Assembly (NCBI GenBank): GCA_951406725.2
Contig: OX597816.1
Coordinates: forward strand, 9,858,001-9,922,000
DNA from: Octopus vulgaris
Taxonomy: Eukaryota
Length of the DNA: 64,000 nucleotides
Reading direction: 5' to 3'
The translations under genes were made by a program, and so were the position numbers. The notes beneath the pieces are model-generated. The model was not told the origin of the DNA. It did no database searches and saw only the letters and a program-made list of their open reading frames with translations. Positions 39,891 through 52,580 of this stretch are shown here, piece after piece. Each line of letters begins with the position of its first letter. Positions within the stretch are counted from its first letter, which is position 1.

Positions 39891-40169
39891 AGGAAGTTTC
39901 TGCAGTGTGACAGGAAAGTAGTGATGGTGATGGTGATGATGGTGGTGGTGGGGGCAAAGTTTGTGTGTGTGTGTGGGGGGTGGAAGCAGACTGGAGGTGA
40001 GATTTAGTAGGAGGAGACGATGGCTTATGTATGAGCACATCTGGTGGGCTGGCGAGTGACAAAAGCACTGTACAGACAGACAGTATGTGTTTAGATGCGT
40101 TTAGCTATGTGTTCAGATATCTGTCTACTAGTCTGTGTGTGTGTGTGTGTGTCTCTTTGTATTTTTAAG

Positions 40170-40569
40170 GGTGTTTAGTGTGTAGTCCTATTGGTTGTAC
40201 GTCTGTATGTATGTGCGTGCGTATATATGCATGTATGTATACAAAGAAAAATGTGTGTGTGTGTATGTATGTATGCATGCATGTGTCTATGTGTTACATA
40301 GATCTGGTGTGGTGTTCCCTCTAGTAGATAATGTCCATGTGTGTGCGTATATATGCATGTGTGTATACAGAGAAAAATTTGTGTTAATGTGTATGTACGC
40401 ATGCACACGTGTATATGTTATATAGATCTGGTGTGGTGTTCCCTCTAGATGATAATGTCCATGTGTGTGTATTGTGTACATGCATGTATACAAAGAAAAT
40501 TTGTGTGTGTGTGTGTATGTATGCATGCATGTGTCTATGTGTTACATAGATTTGGTGTGGTGTTCTCTC

Positions 40570-40601
<32 letters not shown>

Positions 40602-40663
40602 TCTCTAATAATAATGTGCATGTGTGTGTTTTGTGTATAAGCATGTATACAAAGAAAGATTTA

Positions 40664-40694
<31 letters not shown>

Positions 40695-41230
40695 ACATGT
40701 GTGTATGTACGCATGCATGCGTGTGTGTGTTACATAGATCTGGTGTAGTGTTCTCTCTAGTAGATAATATCCACGTGTGTGTATGTATGACTTGGAATAT
40801 GTGTGTGTTTGCGTGTTGTGTTTGTGTGTGTGTGCACGTGTGATATTGGTTATTGTGTAGTCGTGTGCATGAGTCTACGTGTGTCTGTATGCATGTGTGT
40901 ATATGCATGTATACAAAGAAAAATTTGTGTGTATGTATGTATGCATGCATGCGTGTATGTGTTGCATAGATCTGGTGTGGTGTTCTCTCTAGAAGATAAT
41001 GTCCACGTGTGTGTATGCATGACGTGGAATATGCATGTGTTTACCATTGGATTTTGCATGCTGTATGTGTGTGTGTGTGTGTGTGTGTATGCATGTATGT
41101 GTTACATAGATCTAATGTGGGGTTCCCTCTCGTAGATAATGTCTACGTGTATATATAACTTGGAATATGTGTGTGTTTACTTTATGCGTTTGCTCTGTGT
41201 GTGTGTGTGTGCATGTGATATAGGTTATAG
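40170..41230. repeat. Complex minisatellite with a ~45-bp conserved anchor, 6 copies
   Basis: GTTACATAGATCTGGTGTGGTGTTC(C/T)CTCTAGTAGATAATGTC-like anchor at 40293, 40417, 40541, 40729, 40961 and 41101. Confidence 0.85.
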
Positions 41231-41552
41231 TGCAGTTGTGTGTGCGAGTGCACAAGTCTCTGCGTATACTATTTGCTATTACCCAGCTGTCTTGCTTGTA
41301 TATGTCTATATGTTGGTGTTGTAAGTGATGCGTGTATGTGATGTCAATAATATGAATGCGTGTGTGTTGACCTTTGGCTATTTACCAACTGCGTGTGTTC
41401 ACGTGTGTGTATGTATGCTATTTGTTAGTGTGCAGTTGTGTATGTGTATGCATGCTGTTCTCTTGAATGTGTGTTGTTGTTTAGGCGAGTCAATCCATGA
41501 TCAAAGGCACTCCAACATTGACCATCACCTCTTTTTATGAGTACGTCTAGAA

Positions 41553-41752
41553 CTACTCTTTTACTTCTTTCAGTCATTTGAGTGTGGCCATGCTGGAGCA
41601 CTGCCTTTAATCGAGCAAATTGACTCCAGGACTTATTCTTTGTAAGCCTAGTACTTATTCTATCAGTCTCCTTTGCCAAACCGCTAAGTTACGGGGACGT
41701 AAACACACCAGCATCAGTTGTCAAGTGATGTTGGGGAGACAAACACAAACAT

Positions 41753-41783
<31 letters not shown>

Positions 41784-41950
41784 CATATATACGACGGGAT
41801 TCTTTCAGTTCCCGTCTACCAAAGTCACTCACAAAGCTTTGGTTGGCCCGAGGCTATAGTGGAAGACACTTGCTCAAGGTGCCACGCAGTGGGACTGAAC
41901 CCAAAACCATATGGTTGGTAAGCAAGCTACTTACCACACAGCCACTCCTA
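41553..41950 (-). mobile_element. SINE family B
   Basis: Full family B pattern on the minus strand. Confidence 0.88.
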
Positions 41951-42825
41951 CATTATCTAATTGGACTTTTTCCTTTAAGATGTTGGGATGAGATTTAAAG
42001 GTTTGACTGCTATTTCTAGCAACTTGAAAGACCATGTACAAACACCCTTAACTCATGCGTGTGTGCCTGTATGTGTGTATATCTGTGTGTGTTTATTATA
42101 GCTCTGTGTGTGAAGTTGTGTGAATCATTTCAGCATGTGGTCTTGTATGTCTGTGTGTTTGTTCATTTGTTTGTTTATTTGTGTATGTTTGTGAAATGTG
42201 TGTGTGTGTGTGTGTGTGTCGGGTTATTAGTGATTGTTTAGCTGTGTGATTGTGTGCATTCCTTCAGTGTGTTGTCTGCTTAAATGTCTGTGTGTGTTTG
42301 TGCATATGCATACGTTAATAAGATGTAATTCTCTTAACAGTATCAACCTCATGCCTGTGTGCCGATCATACAACCCTATGAGCAAACGCCATGCTGGTCG
42401 TTGCACTGTATCGCCCATACTTAGTGCAGAGGTATTTGAGGACATTTATTTATTGGTATACTACTCTTCAAATCAGTTAAAAGGTTTTTATTTCTTTCAG
42501 GTCCCCCATGACGGATAAAATGCCAGCACAAGAAATGAAGTCATGCAGTCGCTCTATGTACGGAACACAGCAATTTAGAAATTGCTCACTTTCCTTTCCA
42601 AGTTCAACTTGGAAAATCTGATGAAGATTTTGCCAAAGAAGAAGGTGTCTGTCTTTGGGCCTTTCAATTTGGTCCATCACAGAACTTCTCTTGTCAAAGT
42701 CATCAGACAGATAAAAACTGCTAGTCCTTCCCAAAGGAAAGCATGAGGTGATCTTCACAATGGATTCAGATGGAAGCTGGATGCATCCTATGAGAAAAGT
42801 TATATTGAACAATTGGTACTGTATT

Positions 42826-43240
42826 ACTCTTTACTCTTTTACTTGTTTCAGTCATTTGACTGCGGCCATGCTGGAGCACCGCCTTTAGTCGAGCAACTCG
42901 ACCCCGGGACTTATTCTTTTTGTAAGCCCAGTACTTATTCTATCGGTCTCTTTTTGCTGAACCGCTAGGTGACAGGGACGTAAACACACCAGCATCGGTT
43001 GTCAAGCAATGCTAGGGGAACAAACACAGACACACAAACACACACACATACATATATATATATATACATATATTCGACAAGCTTCTTTCAGTTTCCGTCT
43101 ACCAAATCCACTCAGAAGGCATTGGTCGGCCCGGGGCTATAGCAGAAGACACTTGCCCAAAATGCCACGCAGTGGGACTGAACCCGGAACCATGTGGTTG
43201 GTTAGCAAGCTACTTACCACACAGCCACTCCTGTGCCTGC
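42826..43240 (-). mobile_element. SINE family B (young)
   Basis: Full length. Shares diagnostic variants (GGCATTGGTCGGCCCGGGGCTATAGCAG, GTTAGCAAG) with 44642-45048. Confidence 0.9.
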
Positions 43241-44445
43241 ATATTGTATAAACTCTGAAACAACGAAAAGCAAAGTTCATCAAGAGTTATGCTTGGATGC
43301 AGGAGAAGTGTGTATGAAATGGTTTTCTTGCTCTGTGAGCACTTTTTTACTCACAGAGTTTATTTAAATGGAACTAGCTATACCCAGCTGGAAGCACAGG
43401 CAGAACTAAAATTTCTGGAAATTATCTTGGGCACTGACCTAAAATAATTCAGCCAATTTAGTATAAGATCTGACCACTTCAGCAAAATAGTTCTGGAAGT
43501 GCTGTGTGCTTCACCCACACATAACATTAATTTCACACACCCTACCCTCACAACACCAAACTACATTTCCTCTTCCTCTCATCTTCTCTTCTTCATGTAC
43601 TATGCAAATCTCTCCTTCCCCACTCTTGCAGCCCAATTTTGTCCTCCCACACAGACAACTGTATCATTGCTATCCTGTCGTTCCCTACCTATACACCTGG
43701 GGCTCAGCAGTCACTGCGTTCCCCCCATTTTTGCATCTTCATGAACTCTCTACTCATTCACCCCCAGGTAATCATCTATCATTCTATTTATATTCACATC
43801 CTTTCACCTTGAGAGTATGCCATGGCAGATTGCCACCCTCTCTTACTCACTCTCCCCCTCTGACTGGAGTAACCGTGTATTTCCTCTACAGCAAGACATG
43901 TTTTTGTCCCTCTGTCATACTCTGACCCCTCATTACACGGTACAAAGCCATCTCCTTCAATACTAACCTCTCTCTCAAAGGATTTTTATCTTGCAAGTTA
44001 CTTGGTAACCTCACTGGTGCTGGTGCCACATAAGAAGCACCTAGTCCACTCTGTAAAGTGGTTGGTGTTAGGAAGGGCAACCATAAAAAACATGCCAAAG
44101 CAGAGAGTGGAGCTTGGTGCGGTCCTCTGGTTTGTCAGCTCCTGTCAAACCACGCCAGTATGGAACACAGGCATTGATGATGATTAAATATAGAAGTGAA
44201 TTCTGGTAGCTGTCCCTTGGGGATTTGATTGGGGAGATTCAGGCACCTTTGGTGCTAAATTAAAAATCATTTCGAATTAACCAACATTCCTCTTGCATCC
44301 TTGGCAGAGGTAAGATGCCATTCCTGTTCCCTAAAACTTTTTCCTATCTCACCTGTATTAATTTTGTGATTCTTCTGAAGCTTAGAAGTATTTTGACTTC
44401 TATTTTTAGCAAAGCAAGTGTTTATGTAGTACCTTAGTATATATA

Positions 44446-44639
44446 CAGGGTGACCCAAAAGTAGATTTACAGTTATTCAACTATCTCTTTCGCATTCATA
44501 TATTAACATTTAGATCTTAATTCTAAAAAAATATGAAACCATTATTTTATGCTAATTTAGGTAATTTTGTCAAGCTCCTTTTTCAAAGAAATTTAAAGTG
44601 CCTACGTGATAACTGTAAACCTACTTTTGGGCCACCCTA
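44446..44639. mobile_element. Tc1/mariner-type MITE
   Basis: Imperfect ~31-bp TIRs CAGGGTGACCCAAAAGTAGATTTACAGTTAT and ATAACTGTAAACCTACTTTTGGGCCACCCTA, with TA on both sides. Confidence 0.85.
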
Positions 44640-44641
44640 TA

Positions 44642-45048
44642 TACTCTTTTACTTGTTTCAGTCTTTTGACTGTGGCCATGCTGGAGCACCGCCTTTAGTC
44701 GAGCAAATTGACCCCGGGACTTATTCTTTGTAAACCCAGTAATTATTCTATCGGTCTCTTTTGCCTAACTGCTAAGTGACGGGGACGTAAACACACCAGC
44801 ATTGTTGTCAAGCAATGCTAGGGGGACAAACACAGACACACAAACATATACACACACACTATATATATATATATACATATATACGACAGGCTTCTTTCAG
44901 TTTCCGTCTACCAAATCCACTCACAAGGCATTGGTCGGCCCGGGGCTATAGCAGAAGACACTTGCCCAAGATGCTACGCAGTGGGACTGAACCCGGAACC
45001 ATGTGGTTGGTTAGCAAGCTACTTACCACACAGCCACTCCTGCGCCTA
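44642..45048 (-). mobile_element. SINE family B (young)
   Basis: Full length. Same subfamily as 42826-43240. Confidence 0.9.
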
Positions 45049-45138
45049 TATATATCTTATATATATTTTATTAATTTGCCTATACAGCCTTATGCTCGCA
45101 GCCATTAACAATATTATTTTTAGAAATAATATCATTCT

Positions 45139-45170
<32 letters not shown>

Positions 45171-45514
45171 TGTATGTATGTATATATATGTATAACAATT
45201 GAAAGGAAGAGAAAATGGAATTCATGAGATTCTTTCTTAATCACAACTGTTGTTTTGCTCCATGTTGCATTGGTCCCTCATGGATGAGATTCTGGACACC
45301 TGTTGTTGTTGTGCATCCTTCAGTGCAGGTGTGTCTTATCTGGAAGGATGGGAAAATATTAGATTTATAAGCCCTAAAATCCACTCTATAATTGCCCATG
45401 GGCATATGGCGTAGTGGTTAAGAGCGCCGGCTACTTACCCCAAGATTCCGACCTGAATAATAATAATAATAATAATACCTTAGGAAAGAGAACCCAGGTT
45501 CAAAATTTCCCCAA

Positions 45515-45560
45515 GACACCTGATGAAGGCTGGAGGTTATATCAGCTGAAACATTGTGTT
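45515..45560 (+). ncRNA. Minimal type I hammerhead ribozyme motif (degenerate)
   Basis: GACAC-CTGATGA-A-GGCTG(gaggttatat)CAGCT-GAAAC-aTT-GTGTT. Stems I and II pair. Stem III is damaged. Confidence 0.55.
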
Positions 45561-45709
45561 AGCAACAAACAAGATGAGAACAAATATCTGTCAAATATAA
45601 ATAATGTAAATAAGGTACATAATTCCTCATGTCTTAAATATAGAAATGTAATATGCACATATATATATTCATGTGTATATTTATATACATATACTTATAT
45701 ATATATATA

Positions 45710-45945
45710 TAATAAAGGGTAAAATTAATTAATTAATTAATAATTAATAATTTTACCAAGTAGTTTCGGCATGTTAAAAGAACCATTATCGGTAATCTTA
45801 AACAATAATTTTTATAATTATGAGTATAATTATAATTAGGGTTCAGCAAAAAATTTGCTTCACCACATGCCGAAATTTCGGTATGTGGTGAAGCAAATTT
45901 TTGCTGAAACCAAGTTATAATTATACTCATAATTATAAAAATAAT
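45710..45945. mobile_element. Fold-back element related to 57326-58529
   Basis: Loop-less palindrome 45808-45942 centred on CCGAAA|TTTCGG. One-sided tail GGGTAAAATTAATT...ACCAAGTA is homologous to 57800-57850. (TA)n flanks. Confidence 0.65.
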
Positions 45946-45975
45946 TATATTTATATATATATTTATATATATATC

Positions 45976-46385
45976 TCCGTGCTGAGGGCACGTAACAAAC
46001 ACCATCCGAGCGTGGCCGTCCGCCAGCCTCGTCTGGCACCTGTGTCGGTGGCACATAAAACACCATCCGAGCGTGGCCGCTGCCAGCCTCGTCTGGCACC
46101 TGTGTCGGTGGCACATAAAAACACCATCCGAGCGTGGCCGTCTGCCAGCCTCGTCTGGCACCTGTGTCGGTGGCACATAAAAACACCATCCGAGCGTGGC
46201 CGTCTGCATGGCACCTGTGTCGGTGGCACATAAAATATACACTCTCGGAGTGGTTGGCGTTAGGAAGGGCATCCAGCTGTAGAAACACTGCCACATCTGA
46301 CTGGCCTGGTGCAGCCTTCGGGCTTCCCAGACCCCATGAACCGTATAGCATGAAGCGGACGTTAAACGATGATGATGATGATGAT
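45976..46385 (+). mobile_element. Young RTE 3'-tail copy with four modules
   Basis: TGTGTCGGTGGCACATAAAA at 46041, 46101, 46163 and 46215. (GAT)n end and (TA)n flanks. Confidence 0.9.
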
Positions 46386-49229
46386 ATATATATATATATA
46401 TATATAATAAATGAAAGGAAGAGAAAATGGAATTCATGAGATTCTTTCTTAATCACAACTGTTGTTTTGCCCCATGTTGCGTTGGTCCTTCATGGATGAG
46501 ATTCTGGACACCTGGTTGTTGTTGTGCATCCTTCAGTGCAGGTGTTTCTCACCTGGTGATTTTTTAAAATGTACACCAGTTTTGCTTGGTTTGATTATAA
46601 TGCATTTCATTATTTGCCTGCAGCTGGTTGCACACAGGGTTTCATAGTTTGGAATCAAATGAAATGGATACAGTTCATTTTTATGTATAAATAATGGACT
46701 TACATATAATTAATTATACACAAAACAGGAATAAAAAAGAAACAGAAAAATCTATTTTGATACATATACAATGAGCTGGTACTATTCCTGCTTTGATAAA
46801 GATATTTCATGAAATAAAGTCATAAAAAGATATGAAAACCTCGTAGGAGACAAACAGACAAAAACACAGTGGCACACTCAAGCAGTTAATTCAAATCTGG
46901 CGACCCAGCTCTAGTGTTTTATGGATACATCCAAAAACACATTCACTCCCCTTGCTTCATCGTACAGATACTCAAGAATTAGTAGGCTGTGGTGGCCATG
47001 CCATGTGGATTTACAATTATTTTGTGATAGTTGTTTTATACATTCTTAGTCTGTTTTATCGGTAAGTCTGTCATCTCAGTGATATGAACAATTATTGGCA
47101 CAACTGGAGGAATATCTTAGCCTTTGGACTTTAGACACACTGAAACCAGATGAGTACTGGTTTCCCTGGCTGAGGAATGGTATTTTATGATTAATTTGCC
47201 CTTTTCTGCTAATCATTTCTATTTTCAAATATATATATATATATATATATACATTGCTTTTAAACATCTATAGATACATGCATGCATGCCCACATACACA
47301 CAATACATATATGTACATATAGATGCTTATATATGCATATGTGTGTATATGTACACACACATACATCAGTTTTATACTGACCTACACACAAATACATACA
47401 CACACTTAAATATATGCATGTGTGTGTGTGTGTGTGAGTGTATTTGTAACTTACACATTACTTTCATGTGTTTCATCTTGTCTCTTTGATGTTTTCATAT
47501 ATTGTTTTCAGAATCTTTTTTGATCTCCTATAGGTGCAGGTACTTCATTTCGCTTTCCTTACTCGCTCCTTTCTTCTCCTTCTTTCTACATTGTTATCCA
47601 TCTTTCTGTCAGTCATTGTTTCTTCTCAGCACACAGATCTCATTCCGTTTGATACATTCTTAATCTAACATTTCCATATTTTTTTCTCTTCATTTTTATA
47701 CGTCTTCATTGACTAACAACTTCAGAAACATACAGCAAAAATAATCTTGTATGCGTGTCTGTTGTGATAGAATCTGGACTATCCTCCAAAATGTGAAATA
47801 TTTCTCTTCCCCTTAATTCTCTTTGATTCTGAAGTATTTTAGTGCAAAATATTAAATTTTTCATTTTCATGTATTTACTTCTAGTTAAATCCCTATCATA
47901 ATTATTTTAATAATTTTGGTTTATTTTTTATAATAAAACAAAAACGAATTGAGTCGTTCATGATGGAAATCTGTTTTTTACTTTTTGCACATTTCTGTAG
48001 AATATTTTTGTGCTTCTTGTGTAGAACAGTTTTTCTTTCTTTTCTCATTTCGCTTCAAAGTTGTTGTGTACGATGCTTGTATCATTTATTGCCAGTTCTT
48101 ATCTACTCAAAGCATTACAAACATTCACCTTCCATTTTAATTTCTTTGTAGCTTAGCAACTCCTTGAAAACATCGCAAATTTGGTCTTTCACAGTTTAGA
48201 GATTTGTCCAAATATGGGGCTACCATACAAAATGTCAATTGCTTCTCTTTCATTTAATTCTTTTTGAATTTGAAGTATTTCGATAAAAAAGGAGGAAGTT
48301 TTAGATTCTTCTTTTTATATTTTTCTATGATTTAACACATTTCTTCAGAAATATTTTAATATTTTTCTTAATAAAACTTGCATTATTGTCTTTGTTTAAT
48401 ATTTTCTCTCAATCTTGTCAATTCTACCTTGATTATTTTTATTTTCTTATTTGTACAGCATGACATGACAAACCTATGTTGTCTTGTTCCTTGTCTCTGC
48501 TTGGCTTTGTGTTGTGTATTCTTTTTGTATCACCACAGTTATTGAAAAGTAAGAGAAACAGTCAGACATTTCTGTTTTATTCATATAATATTCAAACAAA
48601 CAGTAATAGTTGTAAACAACACTAAAGAAACTATTACAAGTCTCAGGAAATTTATAGAATGGTACAATTTATGAACAGGGTTTAATAAAAGTAAAAATTA
48701 AAAAATATACCAATGTGTTTATTAAAAACTTTGTAGGTTACACATTTATTCATAACTATGCCATGTTGATAGTTTTCCTTTTATATTTGTATAAAAACTT
48801 TTACAAGTAAAAATTTAATAAACTTTTTTTTACTCTTTTAGAAAGTATTGAGTAATCCACCGGTTTAATGTTAAATTGTTTATATAAAACTTGACATAAA
48901 AACAAACAGACAGATATTAAATTTCTACATGCCAAAACTTTGGAGTCACTGTCAACCTTGTCCTTGTAAAAGTTTAATATGAACTTTACTAAAAAGCATT
49001 GAATAATCCTCAAGTTCAATGTTAAATTTTCTTATACAACCTGACAAAAAAGCTAGCACTAATGTCTGGTTCTTTATGATTTTAGTTCAAATCCCATCAA
49101 AGGCAAGTGTGCTTTTCATCTCTCAAAGATACAGTATTTAGTTCAAAACAACACAGTTCGACAAAGAATAAAACAAAACAAAACAAAAAAAAATTAAAAG
49201 AAACAAAAGAGAAATTGAAATTATATATT

Positions 49230-49585
49230 CTGCATGGCATCTTGGGCTAGTGTCTTCTACTATAGCCTTGGACCAACCAAAGCCTTGTGAATGGATTTGG
49301 TAGACAGAAACTGATAGAAGCCTGTCATATATATACAAATATATATATATATGTATGTATATATCTGCATGTGTGTGTGTGTGTGTGTGCTTGTCCCCCC
49401 CACCACCACCACCACATCACTTGACAACTGATGTTGGTGTGTTTACGTCCACATAGCTTAGCAGTTCAGCAAAAGAGGCCTATAGAATAAGTATTAGGCT
49501 TACAAAGAATAAGTCCTGGGGTTGATTTGCTTGACTAAAGGCGGTGGGTGCTCCAGCATGGCCATAGCCAAATGACTGAAAAGAA
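49230..49585 (+). mobile_element. 5'-truncated SINE family B
   Basis: Core, internal microsatellite and 3' half are present. Confidence 0.85.
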
Positions 49586-49604
49586 TATATATATATATAT
49601 ATAT

Positions 49605-49950
49605 GAGGCAATGACCAAGACCTTTGGCATTATGTTGTGCTTGAGAAGAAGACCCATCAAACCCAGCAAAATCGCAGTCATGGCAGATACTGGTGTCATG
49701 TAAATTGGTACTCATGCCGGTGGAATGTAAAAGCACCCCAGTGATACACAAATGACACCCATGCTGGTGGCACGTAAGAGCACCCATTACATTCTCAGAG
49801 TGGTTGGCATTAGGGAAGGTATCCAGCCATAGAAAACCATACCAAATGAGGCTGGAGTCTGGCACAGCCTTCCAGCATGCCAGCCCTGGTCAAACCATCC
49901 AACCCATGCCAGCATAGACAACGGACATTAAATGATGATGATAATGATGA
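49605..49950 (+). mobile_element. RTE 3'-tail copy (same subtype as 905-1186)
   Basis: GAAGACCCATC...GCAGATACTGGTGTCATG...(GAT)n. Confidence 0.8.
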
Positions 49951-50429
49951 TATATGTATGTGTGTATATATATATATATATCATCATCATCAACATCATC
50001 CTTTAGTATCTGCTTTCCATGCTAGCATGAGTTGGACAGCTTGACTGAAATTGGTAATTTGGAGAACTGCACCAGGTACCAATCTAATTTGGCATAATTT
50101 CTACAGCTGGATGCCATATATACATTATTTTTTTGGAATGTCTCAAAGCGCAAACATAAAACTACAAATAATAGCATGTAAATATTGTGTTGGAAAACCT
50201 CCTTTTCGATGAAAAGAACTCAAAGGCTGTTATAATTTATAGCTTTATGTGTGGGCTTCAAGATATTCCAAAAGTAATTAGTTCATCTTCTCTCAGAAGT
50301 TTATAAAAACCTTATGCTATCAGCAATATATATGAAGGAAGAGAAGAACATGTAATGGACTCTCCTGTCAGTTTCAACATCTGAGAGGTCAAGTGTCCAG
50401 TTAAAAAAGAAATAACTTCAAATCTTATG

Positions 50430-50850
50430 CTTGAAGTCTCTTGTAAAATGTTAGCGAATCAAGAGATTCACACACCAGTTCACAATTCGGGCAGCAGATG
50501 GAGCTGTCAGACATCATGCCTTGTGTGTTGGGTTTAGATTTCAAATTCACTTTAACTTCTTGCATTTGGCTTTGATGATTTGCTTCAAATTTTTTTGTTG
50601 CCTTAGTGACAGCTCGTCTTTCTGTTTCAAGTGATCAATGGCAGCAGACAGTTTTAGAAATCCTTGAACTGCAGCAGTGGCCTATCTGCATTCCATGCAC
50701 TATTATGAGAACTTTAGATATTCTCTTGTCACTCATTTGGACGACATGACTATCCCATCTGAATTGCGATTGAATCTGAAATAATTTAATACCTCCCGTG
50801 AGGCTACATTTAATGGGCAGAACAGAAGTAGAGATTATTTTATTCGTCTC
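50430..50850 (-). pseudogene. Decayed BovB-like RTE ORF, C-terminal fragment
   Basis: QSQFRWDSHVVQMSDKRISKVL resembles the QLRWAGHVVRM.D.RIPK motif. A CPNC zinc-knuckle remnant lies downstream. Confidence 0.6.
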
Positions 50851-51249
50851 CTCTAATGCTTTGTCTCTGTCAGAAAATTGACTGCAACAGAAAATAAACA
50901 AGAACCAAGACAATTGATTAAGCTATTGATGAATGTGGTGGATTTCCATCGTTCAATGAAGAGGTTACACTTGTTTGATCAACTGAATTACCTGCTCCTA
51001 AATTAACAAGCAACCGGCTGAGCATTCCACAGATATGTGTACTCTTATCTTAATTCTGGGGTGCAATCAATATGATAGTGAGTAACGAAGCTGTATCACT
51101 TGAGTTACAGATACAGTCCGTCTGATATATACTGTATTTGCTGGTGTACAAGATGCACTCTTGGAAAAGATACAACCCCTGTTTTACAAGTATACTTTGG
51201 GAAAACAAAAACAAATCATATTTCATCATACACTAATGGAAAGATATTG

Positions 51250-51853
51250 TAACCCTTTAACATTTAAACTGTCCATATCCAGCCAAAATATTTTACCTAT
51301 TTTATCTTCAAAATTTAATCAACCCCAACGGTGGCACGTAAAAAGCACCATTCGAGTGTGAGCGTTACCTGCATCACCTTACTGGCACTTATGCTGGTGG
51401 CATGTGAATAAACATTTGAGCGAGGTCATTGCCAGTGCTGCTGGACTGGCTCCTGTGCAGGTGGCACATAAAAAGCACCATTTGAACGTGGCCGTTGCCA
51501 GTACCACCTGACTGGCCCTCATGCCGGTGGCACATAAAAGCACCCACTACACTCTTGGAGTGGTTAGCGTTAGGAAGGGCATCCAGCTGTAGAAACTCCA
51601 CCAGATCAGATTGGAGCTTGGTGCAGCCATCTGGTTCAAATCGTCCAACCCATGCTAGCATGGAAAGTGGACATTAAACGATGATGATGATGATGATGAT
51701 GGCCTGTCTCACCTATCCCACAATGTCATTTTAAAAATAAACAGTTTGCATCATTGAAATCTCAAAGCAATGAGATAATGCATTCTTTATTCAAAACAAT
51801 GTGAATGAATAAGCATTATATATGAGAGGGTAATTTGAATGTTGAAGGGTTCA
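51250..51853. mobile_element. piggyBac-like MITE interrupted by an RTE 3'-tail (51325-51700, +)
   Basis: Ends AACCCTTTAACATT and AATGTTGAAGGGTT are inverted. The TTAA target sites are degenerate. Confidence 0.55.
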
Positions 51854-52199
51854 AGTGGTTTTGTAGGGGAAAATATATAATTCTGTGCATATAAGTACAA
51901 TACAGATATGTTATGCATGTACTGAGTTTTAAATTTATCTTTCAGATCAGTTGTACAGTTGATAATATTTTGGCCAAGTTAATTGCTAAGCAGGATGTAA
52001 AACTTATCCTTTTGGCTGTAATGTTTTGTGTTACAATGATCAGCAATCAGGGTGGTGCACCACTACTATGTTTTTGTTGTCATCAACTCATTGCAAATAG
52101 CTGATAGGTGGATGAAAGTTTAATCTCCTTCCATCATCTTAAAAGAATTTTCATTCTGATAATGTTGCCTAAAGATAACGTAGTCACTAAATAACCGTT

Positions 52200-52580
52200 T
52201 CTACTGGAAGCACAAGGCCTCAAATTTGGGGGAAGGGATTAAGTCGATTACATTGACCCCAGTGTGTAATTGGTACTTATTTAATCAACCCCAAAAGGAT
52301 GAAAGGCAAAGTCGACCTCGGTGGAATTTGAACTGTAGTGGCAGATGAAATACCTATTTCTTTACTACCCATAAGGGGCTAAACACAGAGAGAACAAACA
52401 AGGACAGACAAATGGATTAAGTCGATTATATCGACCCCAGTGCATAACTGGTACTTATTTAATCGACCCCGAAAGGATGAAAGGCAAAGTCGACCTCGGT
52501 GGAATTTGAACTGTAGTGGCAGATGAAATACCGCTGAGCATTTCACCCAGCATGCTAACAATTCTGCCATCTCATCACCT
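52200..52580 (-). mobile_element. SINE family A with partial tandem duplication
   Basis: AAAGGATGAAAGGCAAAGTCGACCTCGGTGGAATTTGAAC occurs twice. Confidence 0.85.

Noticed and set aside
40170-41230. CRISPR-like repeat-spacer look
   Set aside because: The spacers are related low-complexity TG/TA sequence, so this is a minisatellite.
42341-42815. Apparent exon-intron-exon (GT at 42432, TTTCAG at 42500) and the 111-aa minus-strand ORF
   Set aside because: The spliced product stops within a few codons, or by about 40 codons, in every frame. The minus-strand ORF has no recognisable motifs.
47500-49020. Unique AT-rich stretch resembling a decayed transposase
   Set aside because: Many stops and no motif I can name.
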